Assembly: GCA_965276595.1 (NCBI GenBank) | Contig: CBDIBA010000002.1 | Coordinates: 2,802-66,801 of the forward strand | DNA length: 64,000 nucleotides | Direction: 5' to 3' | Source of the DNA: Beijerinckiaceae bacterium | GTDB taxonomy: Bacteria > Pseudomonadota > Alphaproteobacteria > Rhizobiales > Beijerinckiaceae | In this document: positions 17,698 to 27,367 of the stretch, in pieces | Layout: every line of letters begins with the position of its first letter | Position numbering within the stretch: position 1 is the first letter of the stretch | Notes under the pieces: model-generated | Seen by the model: only the letters and a program-made list of their open reading frames with translations | Told to the model about the DNA's origin: nothing | Databases searched by the model: none | Made by a program: the position numbers and the translations under genes

Positions 17698-20600
17698 TTA
17701 AGCCGGCTGCGCCGGCGCGCCGATCCAGCGCGTGTGCGCCGGGATCGCCTCGCCCTTCATGATGACGGTGAGCGGGCCGAGCCGCGCGTAGGCGCCGACA
17801 TGCGTGTCGTAGAGCACCGTCGAGCCTGCGCCGACCGTCACGCCGTCGGCGACGTGAACGCGCCCGACCTTCATCACGCGGTCCTCGTAGAGGTGCGTCT
17901 GCAGCGCGCACATGGCGTTGAGCGAAACGTAGTTACCGACGCTGACGCAGTCGAATTCGGTGATGTCGGTCATGTCCATGTAGACGCCCTTGCCGATCCG
18001 CGCGCCGAACAGGCGCAGCGTCCACGGAAGGAACGGCGTTCCGCGCAGGTGTTCGAGCAGCACGCGGCCGGCGAGGCCCCAGTACATCACGGCGACCGCT
18101 TCGGTGCGCATCGCCCAGAACGACCACATCGGCTTCACCTGCGGTTCGTAGCGGCCCATCGTCGCCCATTTGATGACGATGACGACGCCCGTCATCGCGA
18201 TCGAGATCGCGAGCGAGCAGCCGATGAAGCGGAGCGCCAGCGCCAGCCAATGGCCGGCGTAGAGGTCGGCGGCGAGCGAGTCGACCGCCCACGTGCCGAA
18301 GGTGATGTAGAGCATCGTCGGCAGCGAGATGTTCACCGCCTCGAAGACGCCGCGCATGACCTTCTTCCATTTCGGCGGCTCGTAGGTCCAGTGGCCGCCG
18401 GCGTCGAACTTCTGCCGCACCGGCAGCTTGATCGGCGGCGAGCCGAACCACGTGTCGCCCGGCGACAGATCGGCGTTGGGCGGCGGCTTGGATTTGATGC
18501 CGATCAGCGCGCCGTCGGGAATGTCTGCGCCCGGCGGCACGACGCCGTCGTTGCCGATGAAGACGCGCGCGCCCGTGCGCACCTTTTGCAGATGCATGTA
18601 GCCGCGCCGCACGTCCTCGTCGCCGAGCACGACCTCGTCGGCGATGAAGCACTTCTCGCCGATCTCGACGAGGTCGTAGCGGCCGGACAGATTGGTCGAA
18701 ATCTCCGCGTCCTTGCCGATCTTCGCGCCCATCAGGCGATACCAGGCGCGCATGTAGATCGTCGCGAACAGCGAAGACAGCGTCTCGAGCGTCACTTCGG
18801 TGGCGAGCGCCACGCACCATTTGCGCACGTAGAAGCTCGAATGGATCGAATGGACCCCTTCGCTGACGCGCGGCAGGATCAGCCAGCGCGCCGCGGCGAT
18901 GAAGGCGACGGTGACGAGCACCAGCGCGAAGGAGGTCGGCCACGCCATGAGCGGGATCGAGGCGAGATAGGTCCAGCGGTCGATGTCGAGCACGCCGACG
19001 AGGTCGTCGATGCGATCGAAGATCCAGAACGCCGGCAGGATCGGCAAGAGGCCGAGCGGGGGGATGGTGAGCAGCATCGCCGTGTAGACGACGGCGTTGA
19101 AGGCGCGCCGCGCCCGCGTGGCCTGCGCCTGGGCGGGCAGCGCCGCGAGATCGACCGCGCCGACGTTGCGCGCCGGCGACCCGTCCCAGATTTCGCCCGC
19201 GCCGATCCGCGCGCCGGCCGCCGCCGAGGTCAGGTCGCGCAATTCCGCGCTCGCGCCGATCGTCACGTCGTCTTCGATCACGCAGGACGTGCCGATGTAG
19301 GCGTCCGGGCCGATGTCGATCGCGCCGACGACGAACGCGCCGCCCTCGACGCGCGCGTTGGACAGCTTCGTTTTGGAGCCCAGGCTCGATCCCGCGCCGA
19401 TCGTCACGAGGTCGTGCGCGCCGATCTCGACCTCGCCGAGGAGCGCGTCCTCGCCGACCTTGGCGCCCAGCGCGCGCAGGTAGAGCCGCATGATCGGCGT
19501 GCCCTGGAACCACTTCACATGCGTGATGATGATGAAGTGCTGCGCGAACCACCAGCGGAAGTAATAGACGCCCCAGAGCGGGTAGCGCCCGGGCTTGGCG
19601 CGCCCGAGCACCAGCCACTTGACGATCACGCCCAGCGCCGTCGTCGCCAGGTTGATGCAGGCGTAGACGCCGAGCAGCGCGACGGTCTCCTGCAGCAGGC
19701 TTGCGGTCGGGTCCGTCAGCAGCATGTAGCTGATGAAGACGCCGAGCCATTGCGCCGTCATCATGGGCACGATGACGCACAGCGCGAGCGCCTGCGCGGC
19801 GCCGCAGAGAAAGCGCCGCAGCAGCGGCGGCGGCGCGAAGCTGAGATCGCGCGGCGCGGCGGCGGTCGGCGCGCGCCCGTCGAGCAGCGCGCCCATGCCG
19901 CGCAGTGTGCGGGTCGCGTAGACGTCCTGCAAGGTCAGCGTCGAGAGCTCGTGGTGCTCACGCACGCGCCCGAGAAAGCGCGCGGCGATGAGCGAATGGC
20001 CGCCGAGATCGGTGAAGAAGTCTGCGTCGAACGGGATCGGCTGCGGCGGCAGCACGGCTTTCGCCGCCTCCAGCAGCTTCGCTTCGCTCGCCGTGCGCGG
20101 CTCCTCCTGCTCGTCCTGCGTCTGCGGCGGCGCGCTGAGCGGGGTCGCCTTGAGCAGATTGCGGTTGACCTTGCCGGAGGGCAGCCGCGGCAACTCGCGA
20201 ACGCTCTCGAACCGCGCGGGAACCATGTAGGGCGGCAGCGCGTGGCGCAGCGCGAGCCGGGTCTCGCGCGGGTCGAGCGGCTCTGCCGCGTCGCGCACGA
20301 CAAACGCCACCAGTTGATCGAGCCCGTCGTCGTTGCGCATCACGACGGTGGCGTTGACGACGCCCGGCAGGTCGCGCAGCTTGGCTTCGATCTCGCCGAG
20401 TTCAACGCGGAAGCCGCGAATCTTCACCTGATCGTCGATGCGTCCGCGAAACATGAGGTCGCCGCGCCCGTCGGCCACGACCGCGTCGCCCGATCGGTAG
20501 AGAACGGGATCGGGACCATCGAGCGCGAAGGGGTTGGCGATGAACTTTTCCGCCGTCAGCTCTTCGCGTTTGAGGTAGCCGCGCGCCACGCCGGGTCCGC

Positions 20601-21705
20601 CGATCAGAAGCTCGCCTTCGGCGCCGGGTTCGAGCAGGTTCAGCGCCTCGTCGACGACGTAGCAGGTGTAGTTCGGGATCGGCTTGCCGATCGTCACGGT
20701 CTCGCCGGCGCGCACCGGCGCGACGGTGGCGACGACCGTCGCCTCCGTCGGGCCGTAGGTGTTGAAGATGGAGCGGCCGGGCCGGCCCCAGCGCTCCGCG
20801 ATGGTCGGCGGGCAGGCTTCGCCGCCGAGCAGGATCAGGCGAAGCGAGGGCGCGTCGCGCGGGAGCATCGCGAGCAGCGTCGGCACCGTGTCGAGCGCGG
20901 TGACGCCGGCGCGCTCCATCAGGTCGGGGAGCTTGTCGACTTCGCCCATGATCGCCGGCGTCGCGACGAAGAGCGTCGCGCCGACGAGATAGGGAACCCA
21001 GATCTCCTCCATCGACAGATCGAAGGCGACGGACGCGCCCTGGAACATGACGTCGTCTTGCGTGAGGCCGTAAATTTCGTTCGCCGCGCGCAGAAAATGG
21101 CAGATGTTGCGGCCGGTGACGACGATGCCCTTCGGCGTCCCCGTCGAGCCGGACGTGTAGATCAGGTAGGCGGGGTGGTCGGGCGTCGCGCCCATCGCCC
21201 GCGGGTTGACGATCGAATGATCGGCGGGATCGACGAGGCCGCTTTCGCAATGCACGTCGCAATTGACCCGGCCCTCGGTTCCCGCGACCTGGTCGGCGCC
21301 GACGATGAGCGCGACGGCGCCGGCGTCGTCGAGGCAGACCGCGATGCGCTCCAGCGGCGCCTCTGCGTCGAACGGCAGCCACGCCGCGCCCGTCTTGGCG
21401 ACGCCGATCTGCGCGATCAGCAAATCGGGCCCGCGCGGCGCCCAAAGGCCGACGACGTCGCCGGGCCGAACGCCTTCGCGCGCCAGCCCGCGCGCGATCG
21501 CCGTCGCCCGCGCGTCGACCTGCGCATAGGTGAGAACGCCGTCCGGCGTGATCATGCAAGCCGCGTCGGGGCGGCGCGTCGCCGTCGCGCCGAAGACCTC
21601 GCACAGCAATTCGTCGCGCAGAAGCTCCGGCCGGGCGGCGCCGCGCAGGATGGGGCGGGGATCGGGCGGGGGGGCGACGTCGGCAAGCGTCAGGCTGTCG
21701 GTCAA
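17698..21705 (-). CDS. Pls/PosA-family single-module membrane NRPS (poly-amino-acid synthetase-like)
   Basis: A domain (YTSGSTGTPKG, NTYGPTE, YRSGD, QVKIRGFRVELGEIE, PSGKV), carrier motif FFTDLGGHSL, then about six TM segments with three hexapeptide-repeat-like C-terminal domains. TTG start. Confidence 0.9.
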   Translation of the reverse strand: MTDSLTLADVAPPPDPRPILRGAARPELLRDELLCEVFGATATRRPDAACMITPDGVLTYAQVDARATAIARGLAREGVRPGDVVGLWAPRGPDLLIAQIGVAKTGAAWLPFDAEAPLERIAVCLDDAGAVALIVGADQVAGTEGRVNCDVHCESGLVDPADHSIVNPRAMGATPDHPAYLIYTSGSTGTPKGIVVTGRNICHFLRAANEIYGLTQDDVMFQGASVAFDLSMEEIWVPYLVGATLFVATPAIMGEVDKLPDLMERAGVTALDTVPTLLAMLPRDAPSLRLILLGGEACPPTIAERWGRPGRSIFNTYGPTEATVVATVAPVRAGETVTIGKPIPNYTCYVVDEALNLLEPGAEGELLIGGPGVARGYLKREELTAEKFIANPFALDGPDPVLYRSGDAVVADGRGDLMFRGRIDDQVKIRGFRVELGEIEAKLRDLPGVVNATVVMRNDDGLDQLVAFVVRDAAEPLDPRETRLALRHALPPYMVPARFESVRELPRLPSGKVNRNLLKATPLSAPPQTQDEQEEPRTASEAKLLEAAKAVLPPQPIPFDADFFTDLGGHSLIAARFLGRVREHHELSTLTLQDVYATRTLRGMGALLDGRAPTAAAPRDLSFAPPPLLRRFLCGAAQALALCVIVPMMTAQWLGVFISYMLLTDPTASLLQETVALLGVYACINLATTALGVIVKWLVLGRAKPGRYPLWGVYYFRWWFAQHFIIITHVKWFQGTPIMRLYLRALGAKVGEDALLGEVEIGAHDLVTIGAGSSLGSKTKLSNARVEGGAFVVGAIDIGPDAYIGTSCVIEDDVTIGASAELRDLTSAAAGARIGAGEIWDGSPARNVGAVDLAALPAQAQATRARRAFNAVVYTAMLLTIPPLGLLPILPAFWIFDRIDDLVGVLDIDRWTYLASIPLMAWPTSFALVLVTVAFIAAARWLILPRVSEGVHSIHSSFYVRKWCVALATEVTLETLSSLFATIYMRAWYRLMGAKIGKDAEISTNLSGRYDLVEIGEKCFIADEVVLGDEDVRRGYMHLQKVRTGARVFIGNDGVVPPGADIPDGALIGIKSKPPPNADLSPGDTWFGSPPIKLPVRQKFDAGGHWTYEPPKWKKVMRGVFEAVNISLPTMLYITFGTWAVDSLAADLYAGHWLALALRFIGCSLAISIAMTGVVIVIKWATMGRYEPQVKPMWSFWAMRTEAVAVMYWGLAGRVLLEHLRGTPFLPWTLRLFGARIGKGVYMDMTDITEFDCVSVGNYVSLNAMCALQTHLYEDRVMKVGRVHVADGVTVGAGSTVLYDTHVGAYARLGPLTVIMKGEAIPAHTRWIGAPAQPA

Positions 21706-21811
21706 GGTCGGTTCGCTCTTCGTGCGTTCGCCTTAGCGGGATCGGACGCCGGCTTGCGGCGGACGCTCTTGATGGGTTCTCGGTTCGAACTCGGTGTGAC
21801 GATCGGACTTT

Positions 21812-22405
21812 TCACAGCCAGCGCATGGTTTCGTCGTCGAAGAGCAGGGCGCGCCCCTGCATGATGTTGGCCCTCGGGGCCGTCGTTTTCGCGACGCCGC
21901 CGATCATCGCCATCAGCACGCGCGCCACGCCGCCATGCGACACGACGAACGTGTCGCGACGAAGACCGTCGAGCCAGGGCCTGATTCGCTCCGCCAGCAT
22001 CGCGTAACTTTCGCCGCCCGGCGGCTGGAATGTCCACTTGTCGCCTTCGCGCGCCTGCGCGGCCCAGGGGTCGCGCGTCTTGACCTCCGACCAGGTCAGC
22101 CCCTCCCAGCGGCCGAAGGAGAGTTCGATCAGGCTGGCGTCGGTCCTGTAGGCGTTCGGCGCAAGGCCCATGGCCTCCCGCGCGAGCTCCATCGTTTCGC
22201 GGCAGCGCGCCAGCGGCGAGGCGACGAAATCGTAATCCGCGGCGTCGGGCGCGCGGGATCCTGCGAACCGGCCGCGCAGCGCGCGCCCGACCTCGCGCGC
22301 CTGATCGCGGCCGCGCCCGTTGATCGGCGTGTCGCGCTGGCCCTGGAGACGAAACTCGACGTTCCAGTCGGTCTCGCCATGTCGAACGAAAATGAGACGC
22401 GGCAT
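21812..22405 (-). CDS. Histidine phosphatase (phosphoglycerate mutase family)
   Basis: VRHGETDWN, SPL.R..ET, GESY, VSHGGV. Confidence 0.92.
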   Translation of the reverse strand: MPRLIFVRHGETDWNVEFRLQGQRDTPINGRGRDQAREVGRALRGRFAGSRAPDAADYDFVASPLARCRETMELAREAMGLAPNAYRTDASLIELSFGRWEGLTWSEVKTRDPWAAQAREGDKWTFQPPGGESYAMLAERIRPWLDGLRRDTFVVSHGGVARVLMAMIGGVAKTTAPRANIMQGRALLFDDETMRWL

Positions 22406-22477
22406 GGTCGTCCAACAGGAGTGGCGTTTCGGACGCGTCGACCCGCCGCGCGCCGCGCCATCGGGCGCGGGTCCGCG

Positions 22478-23314
22478 TCAGACGACCGAAATGTCCGGCG
22501 CCGAGGGATTTTTCATGCCGACGACATGATAGCCGGCGTCGACGTGCAAAATCTCGCCGGTGATCCCGCGCGCCATCGGCGAGACCAGGAAGGCGCCGGT
22601 TTCGCCGACCTCGTCGACCGTCACGCTGCGGCGCAGCGGGGCGTTGTATTCGTTCCACTTCAGGATATAGCGGAAATCGCCGATGCCCGAGGCCGCCAAC
22701 GTCTTGATCGGGCCGGCGGAAATGGCGTTGACGCGGATGTTCTTCTCGCCGAGGTCGGCGGCGAGGTAGCGTACGCTCGCCTCGAGCGCCGCCTTGGCGA
22801 CGCCCATGACGTTGTAGTGCGGCATCCATTTCTCGGCGCCGTAATAGGTCAGCGTCAGCATCGCGCCGCCGCCCTTCATCAGCTTTTCGGCGCGCTGCGC
22901 CACCGCCGTAAAGGAATAGCAGGAGATCAGCAGCGACTTGGTGAAATTATCCTCGGTCGTCTCGACATAGCGGCCGGTCAACTGGTCCTTGTCCGAAAAC
23001 GCGATGCAGTGGACGAGAAAGTCGAGACCGCCCCACAGCCGGTCGACTTCGGCGAAGACGGCGTCGATCGAACCGGCGTCGGTCACGTCGCAATGGCCGA
23101 CCACCGCCGCCCCGAGTTCGCCCGCCAGCGGCCGCACGCGGCGCTCCAGCGCCTCGCCCTGGTAGGTGAACGCGAGCGAGGCCCCGCAATCGTGCGAGGC
23201 CTTGGCGATGCCCCAGGCGATCGACCGGTTGTTGGCCACCCCCATCACGAGCCCGCGCTTGCCCGCCAGGATGCCGGAGGAGGTCTGGCCTGGTTGGCGG
23301 CCGTCTTGGGTCAT
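22478..23314 (-). CDS. fabI: Enoyl-ACP reductase
   Basis: GVANNRSIAWGIA, TYYGAEK..PHYNVMGVAKAALE, AGPIKTLAA. Confidence 0.96.
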   Translation of the reverse strand: MTQDGRQPGQTSSGILAGKRGLVMGVANNRSIAWGIAKASHDCGASLAFTYQGEALERRVRPLAGELGAAVVGHCDVTDAGSIDAVFAEVDRLWGGLDFLVHCIAFSDKDQLTGRYVETTEDNFTKSLLISCYSFTAVAQRAEKLMKGGGAMLTLTYYGAEKWMPHYNVMGVAKAALEASVRYLAADLGEKNIRVNAISAGPIKTLAASGIGDFRYILKWNEYNAPLRRSVTVDEVGETGAFLVSPMARGITGEILHVDAGYHVVGMKNPSAPDISVV

Positions 23315-23471
23315 GGTCTCAGCTGGGTTTCGCGCGCCCGCGTAGGGCGCGACCTGCGGCCGCGTTTAATAGCGCGGCGGACAATAGGCAAGCGCGGCCA
23401 TCGGCAAGCAAAAATCCCCCGGAAAAATCCCGCCAAGCTGAGCCGCGTATAGGCGCCGCGCGTTAGGAGGG

Positions 23472-23487
23472 TTAAGATCGCGTTAAC
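23472..23487 (+). promoter_or_regulatory. CtrA box (TTAA-N7-TTAAC)
   Basis: ttaagatcgcgttaac is a perfect consensus immediately upstream of the ECF sigma gene. Confidence 0.7.
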
Positions 23488-23502
23488 GGAGGCCGCGCCG
23501 CG

Positions 23503-24015
23503 TTGATCAAGGACCCAGTCGCACCCCATACTGAGATCGAGCACCTGATCCCCGGCTTGCGCCGCTACGCGAACGCGCTCGTGGCGCTCGATTCGCCGGA
23601 GCCGGCCCGGGACGCCGACGCGCTGACGCGCGACACCGTCGCTCGCGCGCTGCGGGTCGCCGCCGGCGGCCCCGACCTGCGCATCTGGCTCTACGCGACG
23701 CTGACCACGCTGAACCGCGTCCGCGCGCGGGCGCGGGGCGGCGATGCGCCGGCGTTCGCCGGAGCTGACTCGGCCGGGCAGGGCGTGACCGACGCGCTGA
23801 CCGCGCTGTCGCTCGACCAGCGGGAAGTCTACCTGCTGGTCGTGCTGGAAGGTCTGACCTACGCGGAGGCGTCCGACACGCTGGGCCTGTCCCGCGCCGT
23901 CGTCGCCGCGCGGGTCGCCCGCTCGCGCGCCTTCCTGGAAGACCGGCTCGATGTCGCCCGGCGCGTCGCCGATCGCGCCAGGCGGCAACCGCCCTATCTC
24001 CGCCTGGTCAAGTAA
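23503..24015 (+). CDS. ECF sigma factor (short, divergent region 2)
   Basis: IPGLRRYA (region 2) and QREVYLLVVLEGLTYAEASDTLG...RVARSR (region 4). TTG start with GGAGG. Confidence 0.8.
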   Translation: MIKDPVAPHTEIEHLIPGLRRYANALVALDSPEPARDADALTRDTVARALRVAAGGPDLRIWLYATLTTLNRVRARARGGDAPAFAGADSAGQGVTDALTALSLDQREVYLLVVLEGLTYAEASDTLGLSRAVVAARVARSRAFLEDRLDVARRVADRARRQPPYLRLVK

Positions 24016-24021
24016 GCGGCC

Positions 24022-24933
24022 ATGGGCGCGTCGAGTTTCGGCGATGTCGAACTGAGCGCCTGGCTCGACGGCGAGGCGCCGATCGAGCGGCGCGAGGCGA
24101 TCGAGCGCTGGCTGCGCACGGCGCCGGAGGCGGCCGCCCGCCTCGACCTGTGGCGGCGGCAAAACGATGTCGTGCGCGCCCGTTTCGCGCGGATCGCCGC
24201 CGACGCCATCCCCGATCGGCTGTGGCCGACCGCAAGCGAGGCGCGCCGGCGCGAACCCGTGTGGCCCGGTCCCTCGCCCGGCCTGCTGCAGCCGCCCATC
24301 CTCGCCCCCGATCGCGGCGCGGGCCGGTCGCGGTGGCGCGGCGGCCTCGCCACGCTCGCGGCGGGCTCGTTCCTGGCGGGGGCGGCGGCGGCGCTGATCG
24401 GCGCGGCGGCGGTGAGCTACGCGCCGGCGATGCTGACCGGCCTGCGCGTCATCGCGGCGCGGCCGGTCGAAGCCGCGGCCATCGAGGACCCGATGCGCGG
24501 CCTGCTCGAGCGCGCGATCGACGCGCACCGAACCTTCGTGCGCGACGTGCGGCCCGTGGAAATCCCGCCGGAGGATTTGCCGCGTCTGAAGCGGTTTCTG
24601 ACCCGCCGGATCGGCTTTTCCGTGGCGCCGCCGGTTTTCGACAACGACGAGCCGCGTCTGCTCGGCGGCCGCATCACGCCCGGCGACGCCGGACCCGACG
24701 GGTTGCTCGTCTACGAGGACGCGCAGGGCGAACGCTACGGCCTCGTCATCGGCCGAATCGCGGCGGCAGATGCGCCGCTACGGGTCGCCGAGCGCGGGGA
24801 CGGCGCTGTGGCGACCTGGTCGGCGCACGGCGCGGGCTTCGCGTTGTCGGGGCCCGGCGATCCGGCCCGCCTTCGCCGCCTGGCGATGGCGGCGATGCTC
24901 CGCGATCCCGCGCCGAACGGCGGCGAGCGCTGA
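24022..24933 (+). CDS. Transmembrane anti-sigma factor (RsiW/PrtR-like)
   Basis: ELSAWLDGE N-terminus, TM helix, periplasmic LLGGR..P domain. Follows the ECF gene. Confidence 0.85.
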   Translation: MGASSFGDVELSAWLDGEAPIERREAIERWLRTAPEAAARLDLWRRQNDVVRARFARIAADAIPDRLWPTASEARRREPVWPGPSPGLLQPPILAPDRGAGRSRWRGGLATLAAGSFLAGAAAALIGAAAVSYAPAMLTGLRVIAARPVEAAAIEDPMRGLLERAIDAHRTFVRDVRPVEIPPEDLPRLKRFLTRRIGFSVAPPVFDNDEPRLLGGRITPGDAGPDGLLVYEDAQGERYGLVIGRIAAADAPLRVAERGDGAVATWSAHGAGFALSGPGDPARLRRLAMAAMLRDPAPNGGER

Positions 24934-24945
24934 AGACGCCGCGGG

Positions 24946-25914
24946 TCAGTCGCGCGGACGATAGGGCTTCTGATCCCGCCAGCGCTTCATCAGGGCCTCG
25001 AGGTCGGGGTCGGGCGCCTCCGGCAGAACGATCTTCAGGCGCACCAGGAGGTCGCCCGCGCCGTTCGCGCCCGAAGCCGGCAATCCTTTGCCGCGCAGAC
25101 GCATGACGCGGCCGGAATTGCTGTTGGGCGGAACCGAGAGTTCGACGGCGCCGGTCAGCGTTCGGGTTTCCACCTTGCCGCCGAGCACCGCTTCATAGAG
25201 CGTGACCGGCAGATCGACGCGCAGGTCGCGGCCGACGATCTCGAACAGCGGGTGCTTGGCGACGCGCACCGTGATGATCGCGTCTCCGGCTTCGCCGCCG
25301 TGGGGGCTGATGGCGCCCTGGCTTTTCAGCCGGATCTGCTTGCCGTCCTCGATCCCGGCCGGAATCTTGACCTCGAGCGTGCGCCCGTTGGGCAGGATCA
25401 CCCGGGTGTCGCCGCCAAGCGCCGCCTGCTCCAGCGAAACGGTCACGGTTCCCGTCAGGTCGTCGCCGCGCGGCGGGGGCCGCGCCGCGCCGCGCGTGCG
25501 GCCGCCGAAGATGCCCTCGAAAAGATCGGACGGATCGAAGCCGCCGGCGCGCGCGCTTGCGCCTGGGTTGGGGCCGGGGCCTCCGGGAGCGCCGCCGAAA
25601 TTGAAGTCGAAATGCTCGAAGCCGCCCGCGCCGGCCTGCCGGCGGAAGCCGCCGCCGGGAGCGCCTGCGCCCAGCCCTTCGAAGCCGCGCGGCTTGCCTT
25701 CCGCGTCGATCTCGCTGCGATCGAACTGACCCTTCTTCTTCTCGTCGCCGAGGATTTCATAGGCGGTGTTGGCCTCGGCGAATTTCTCCTTCGCCTTCGG
25801 GTCGGTCTTGTTGTGGTCCGGATGGTATCTCTTCGCCAGCCGCCGGTAGGCCTTTTTGATCTCATCGGCGCCGGCGGATTTCCCCACCCCCAGGACGGTA
25901 TAAGGATCGCGCAT
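24946..25914 (-). CDS. DnaJ-class co-chaperone lacking the zinc finger (CbpA-like)
   Basis: J domain with HPD motif, G/F-rich linker, DnaJ C-terminal domain. Confidence 0.92.
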   Translation of the reverse strand: MRDPYTVLGVGKSAGADEIKKAYRRLAKRYHPDHNKTDPKAKEKFAEANTAYEILGDEKKKGQFDRSEIDAEGKPRGFEGLGAGAPGGGFRRQAGAGGFEHFDFNFGGAPGGPGPNPGASARAGGFDPSDLFEGIFGGRTRGAARPPPRGDDLTGTVTVSLEQAALGGDTRVILPNGRTLEVKIPAGIEDGKQIRLKSQGAISPHGGEAGDAIITVRVAKHPLFEIVGRDLRVDLPVTLYEAVLGGKVETRTLTGAVELSVPPNSNSGRVMRLRGKGLPASGANGAGDLLVRLKIVLPEAPDPDLEALMKRWRDQKPYRPRD

Positions 25915-26083
25915 GCGGAGCCCACTCCAGCGCCCGCCCGTTGTGGCGCGGACGCAATGTCTCCGCCGCTATATGGTCCGGACGCGCGCGAGTCGCAAGG
26001 ATCGCGCCGGACAGGATCGCGCCGGGCGTTTGCGGGCGCATCCGCGCGGCTCTAAGCTCGCGCGATCGGGGAGGACGAGGGAC

Positions 26084-27367
26084 ATGAACGCACCGCTGGC
26101 GCCCGCATCCTGGGAGGCCGCGCCCGGCGGCGCGTCTGCGCCGCCGACGCCGACGCTCGATGCGCGCCTGAGCCGCCGCTTCCTCAATATCGAGGACTTG
26201 CGCGCGGGCGCCGCGCGGCGCTTGCCGAAGGGCGTCTACGAGTTCATCGCCCGCGGTTCGGAGGACGAGGCGACGCTGCGCGACAATCGCACGAGTTTCC
26301 AGCGCTACAAGCTGCGCAACAGGGCGCTCGTCGACGTCTCGGTCCGCAGCGCGCGAGCGGAGCTCTTCGGCAAGCCGCTTTCGATGCCGGCGGCGATCGC
26401 GCCGACGGGCGTTGCGGGCGTCGCCTGGTATGGGGGCGAGTTGGAGCTCGCCCGCGCCGCGGCGCGCTCCGGCGTGCCGTTCACGCTGGCGACGCCGTCG
26501 ATCACCTCGATCGAGACGATCGCTTCGGTCGAAGCCGGCCGCAAATGGTATCAGCTCTACATGTGGCGCGATCGCGCGGCTTCCCACGCGCTCGTCAGGC
26601 GGGCGCGCGACGCCGGCTTCGAGGCGCTGATCCTCACCGTCGACACGGCCGTGCCGCCGATTCGCGAGTATAATTTCCGCAACGGCTTCAACAGCCCCTT
26701 CACCCTCAACGGGCGGATCGCCGCCGACGTCGTCCTGCATCCGCGATGGCTGGCCTCCGTGCTTCTGCGCTATCTGCGGACGAGCGGCATGCCGCGCCCG
26801 GTCCACTACCCGCTGAGGGGGGCGACGCGCACGAGCGGGCTCGGCTTCGCCGACAGCGTGCGCGGCGACAACCTGACCTGGGATGACATCGGCCGCCTGC
26901 GCGACCTTTGGAAAGGCCCGATCCTCCTCAAAGGCGTGCAGAGGCCCGACGACGCCGAGCGCGGCCTGCGCGAAGGGATCGACGGCCTGATCGTCTCGAA
27001 CCACGGCGGCCGCAATCTCGACACCGCCGTCGCGGCGCTCGACGCGCTGCCCGAGATCGTCGCGGCCGTCGGGGACGCGATTCCCGTGCTCCTCGACAGC
27101 GGCGTGCGGCGCGGCGGGGACATCCTCAAGGCGCTGGCGCTCGGCGCGAAAGCCGTGCTGCTCGGCCGCCCGACGCTGTACGGCGTGTCGGTCGCGGGAG
27201 AGGCCGGCGCGGCGCATGCGCTCGGGCTCCTGCACCGCGAGTTCGATACGGCGATGGCCTATACCGGCTGCCGCTCGATCGCGGAGATTTCCCGCGACGT
27301 CCTCTGGACGCCGCCGCAGGGGCCGCCGCTTGAGACGAGGCCATTGCGGGATCGGGCGAAGACATGA
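26084..27367 (+). CDS. FMN-dependent alpha-hydroxy acid dehydrogenase/oxidase (mandelate/lactate dehydrogenase family)
   Basis: APTG, WYQLY, LTVD, VSNHGGRN, DSGVRRGGD. ATG at 26084 after GGAGG/GAGG. Confidence 0.92.
   Translation: MNAPLAPASWEAAPGGASAPPTPTLDARLSRRFLNIEDLRAGAARRLPKGVYEFIARGSEDEATLRDNRTSFQRYKLRNRALVDVSVRSARAELFGKPLSMPAAIAPTGVAGVAWYGGELELARAAARSGVPFTLATPSITSIETIASVEAGRKWYQLYMWRDRAASHALVRRARDAGFEALILTVDTAVPPIREYNFRNGFNSPFTLNGRIAADVVLHPRWLASVLLRYLRTSGMPRPVHYPLRGATRTSGLGFADSVRGDNLTWDDIGRLRDLWKGPILLKGVQRPDDAERGLREGIDGLIVSNHGGRNLDTAVAALDALPEIVAAVGDAIPVLLDSGVRRGGDILKALALGAKAVLLGRPTLYGVSVAGEAGAAHALGLLHREFDTAMAYTGCRSIAEISRDVLWTPPQGPPLETRPLRDRAKT

Noticed and set aside
17563-21864. 1433-aa plus-strand ORF, and similar long ORFs at 803-2311, 10931-12499, 30932-32869, 36573-38852, 39469-41148, 46253-49333 and 56281-58200
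   Set aside because: Antisense or out-of-frame shadows of well-supported genes in high-GC DNA. They are Arg/Ala/Gly-rich with no recognisable motifs.
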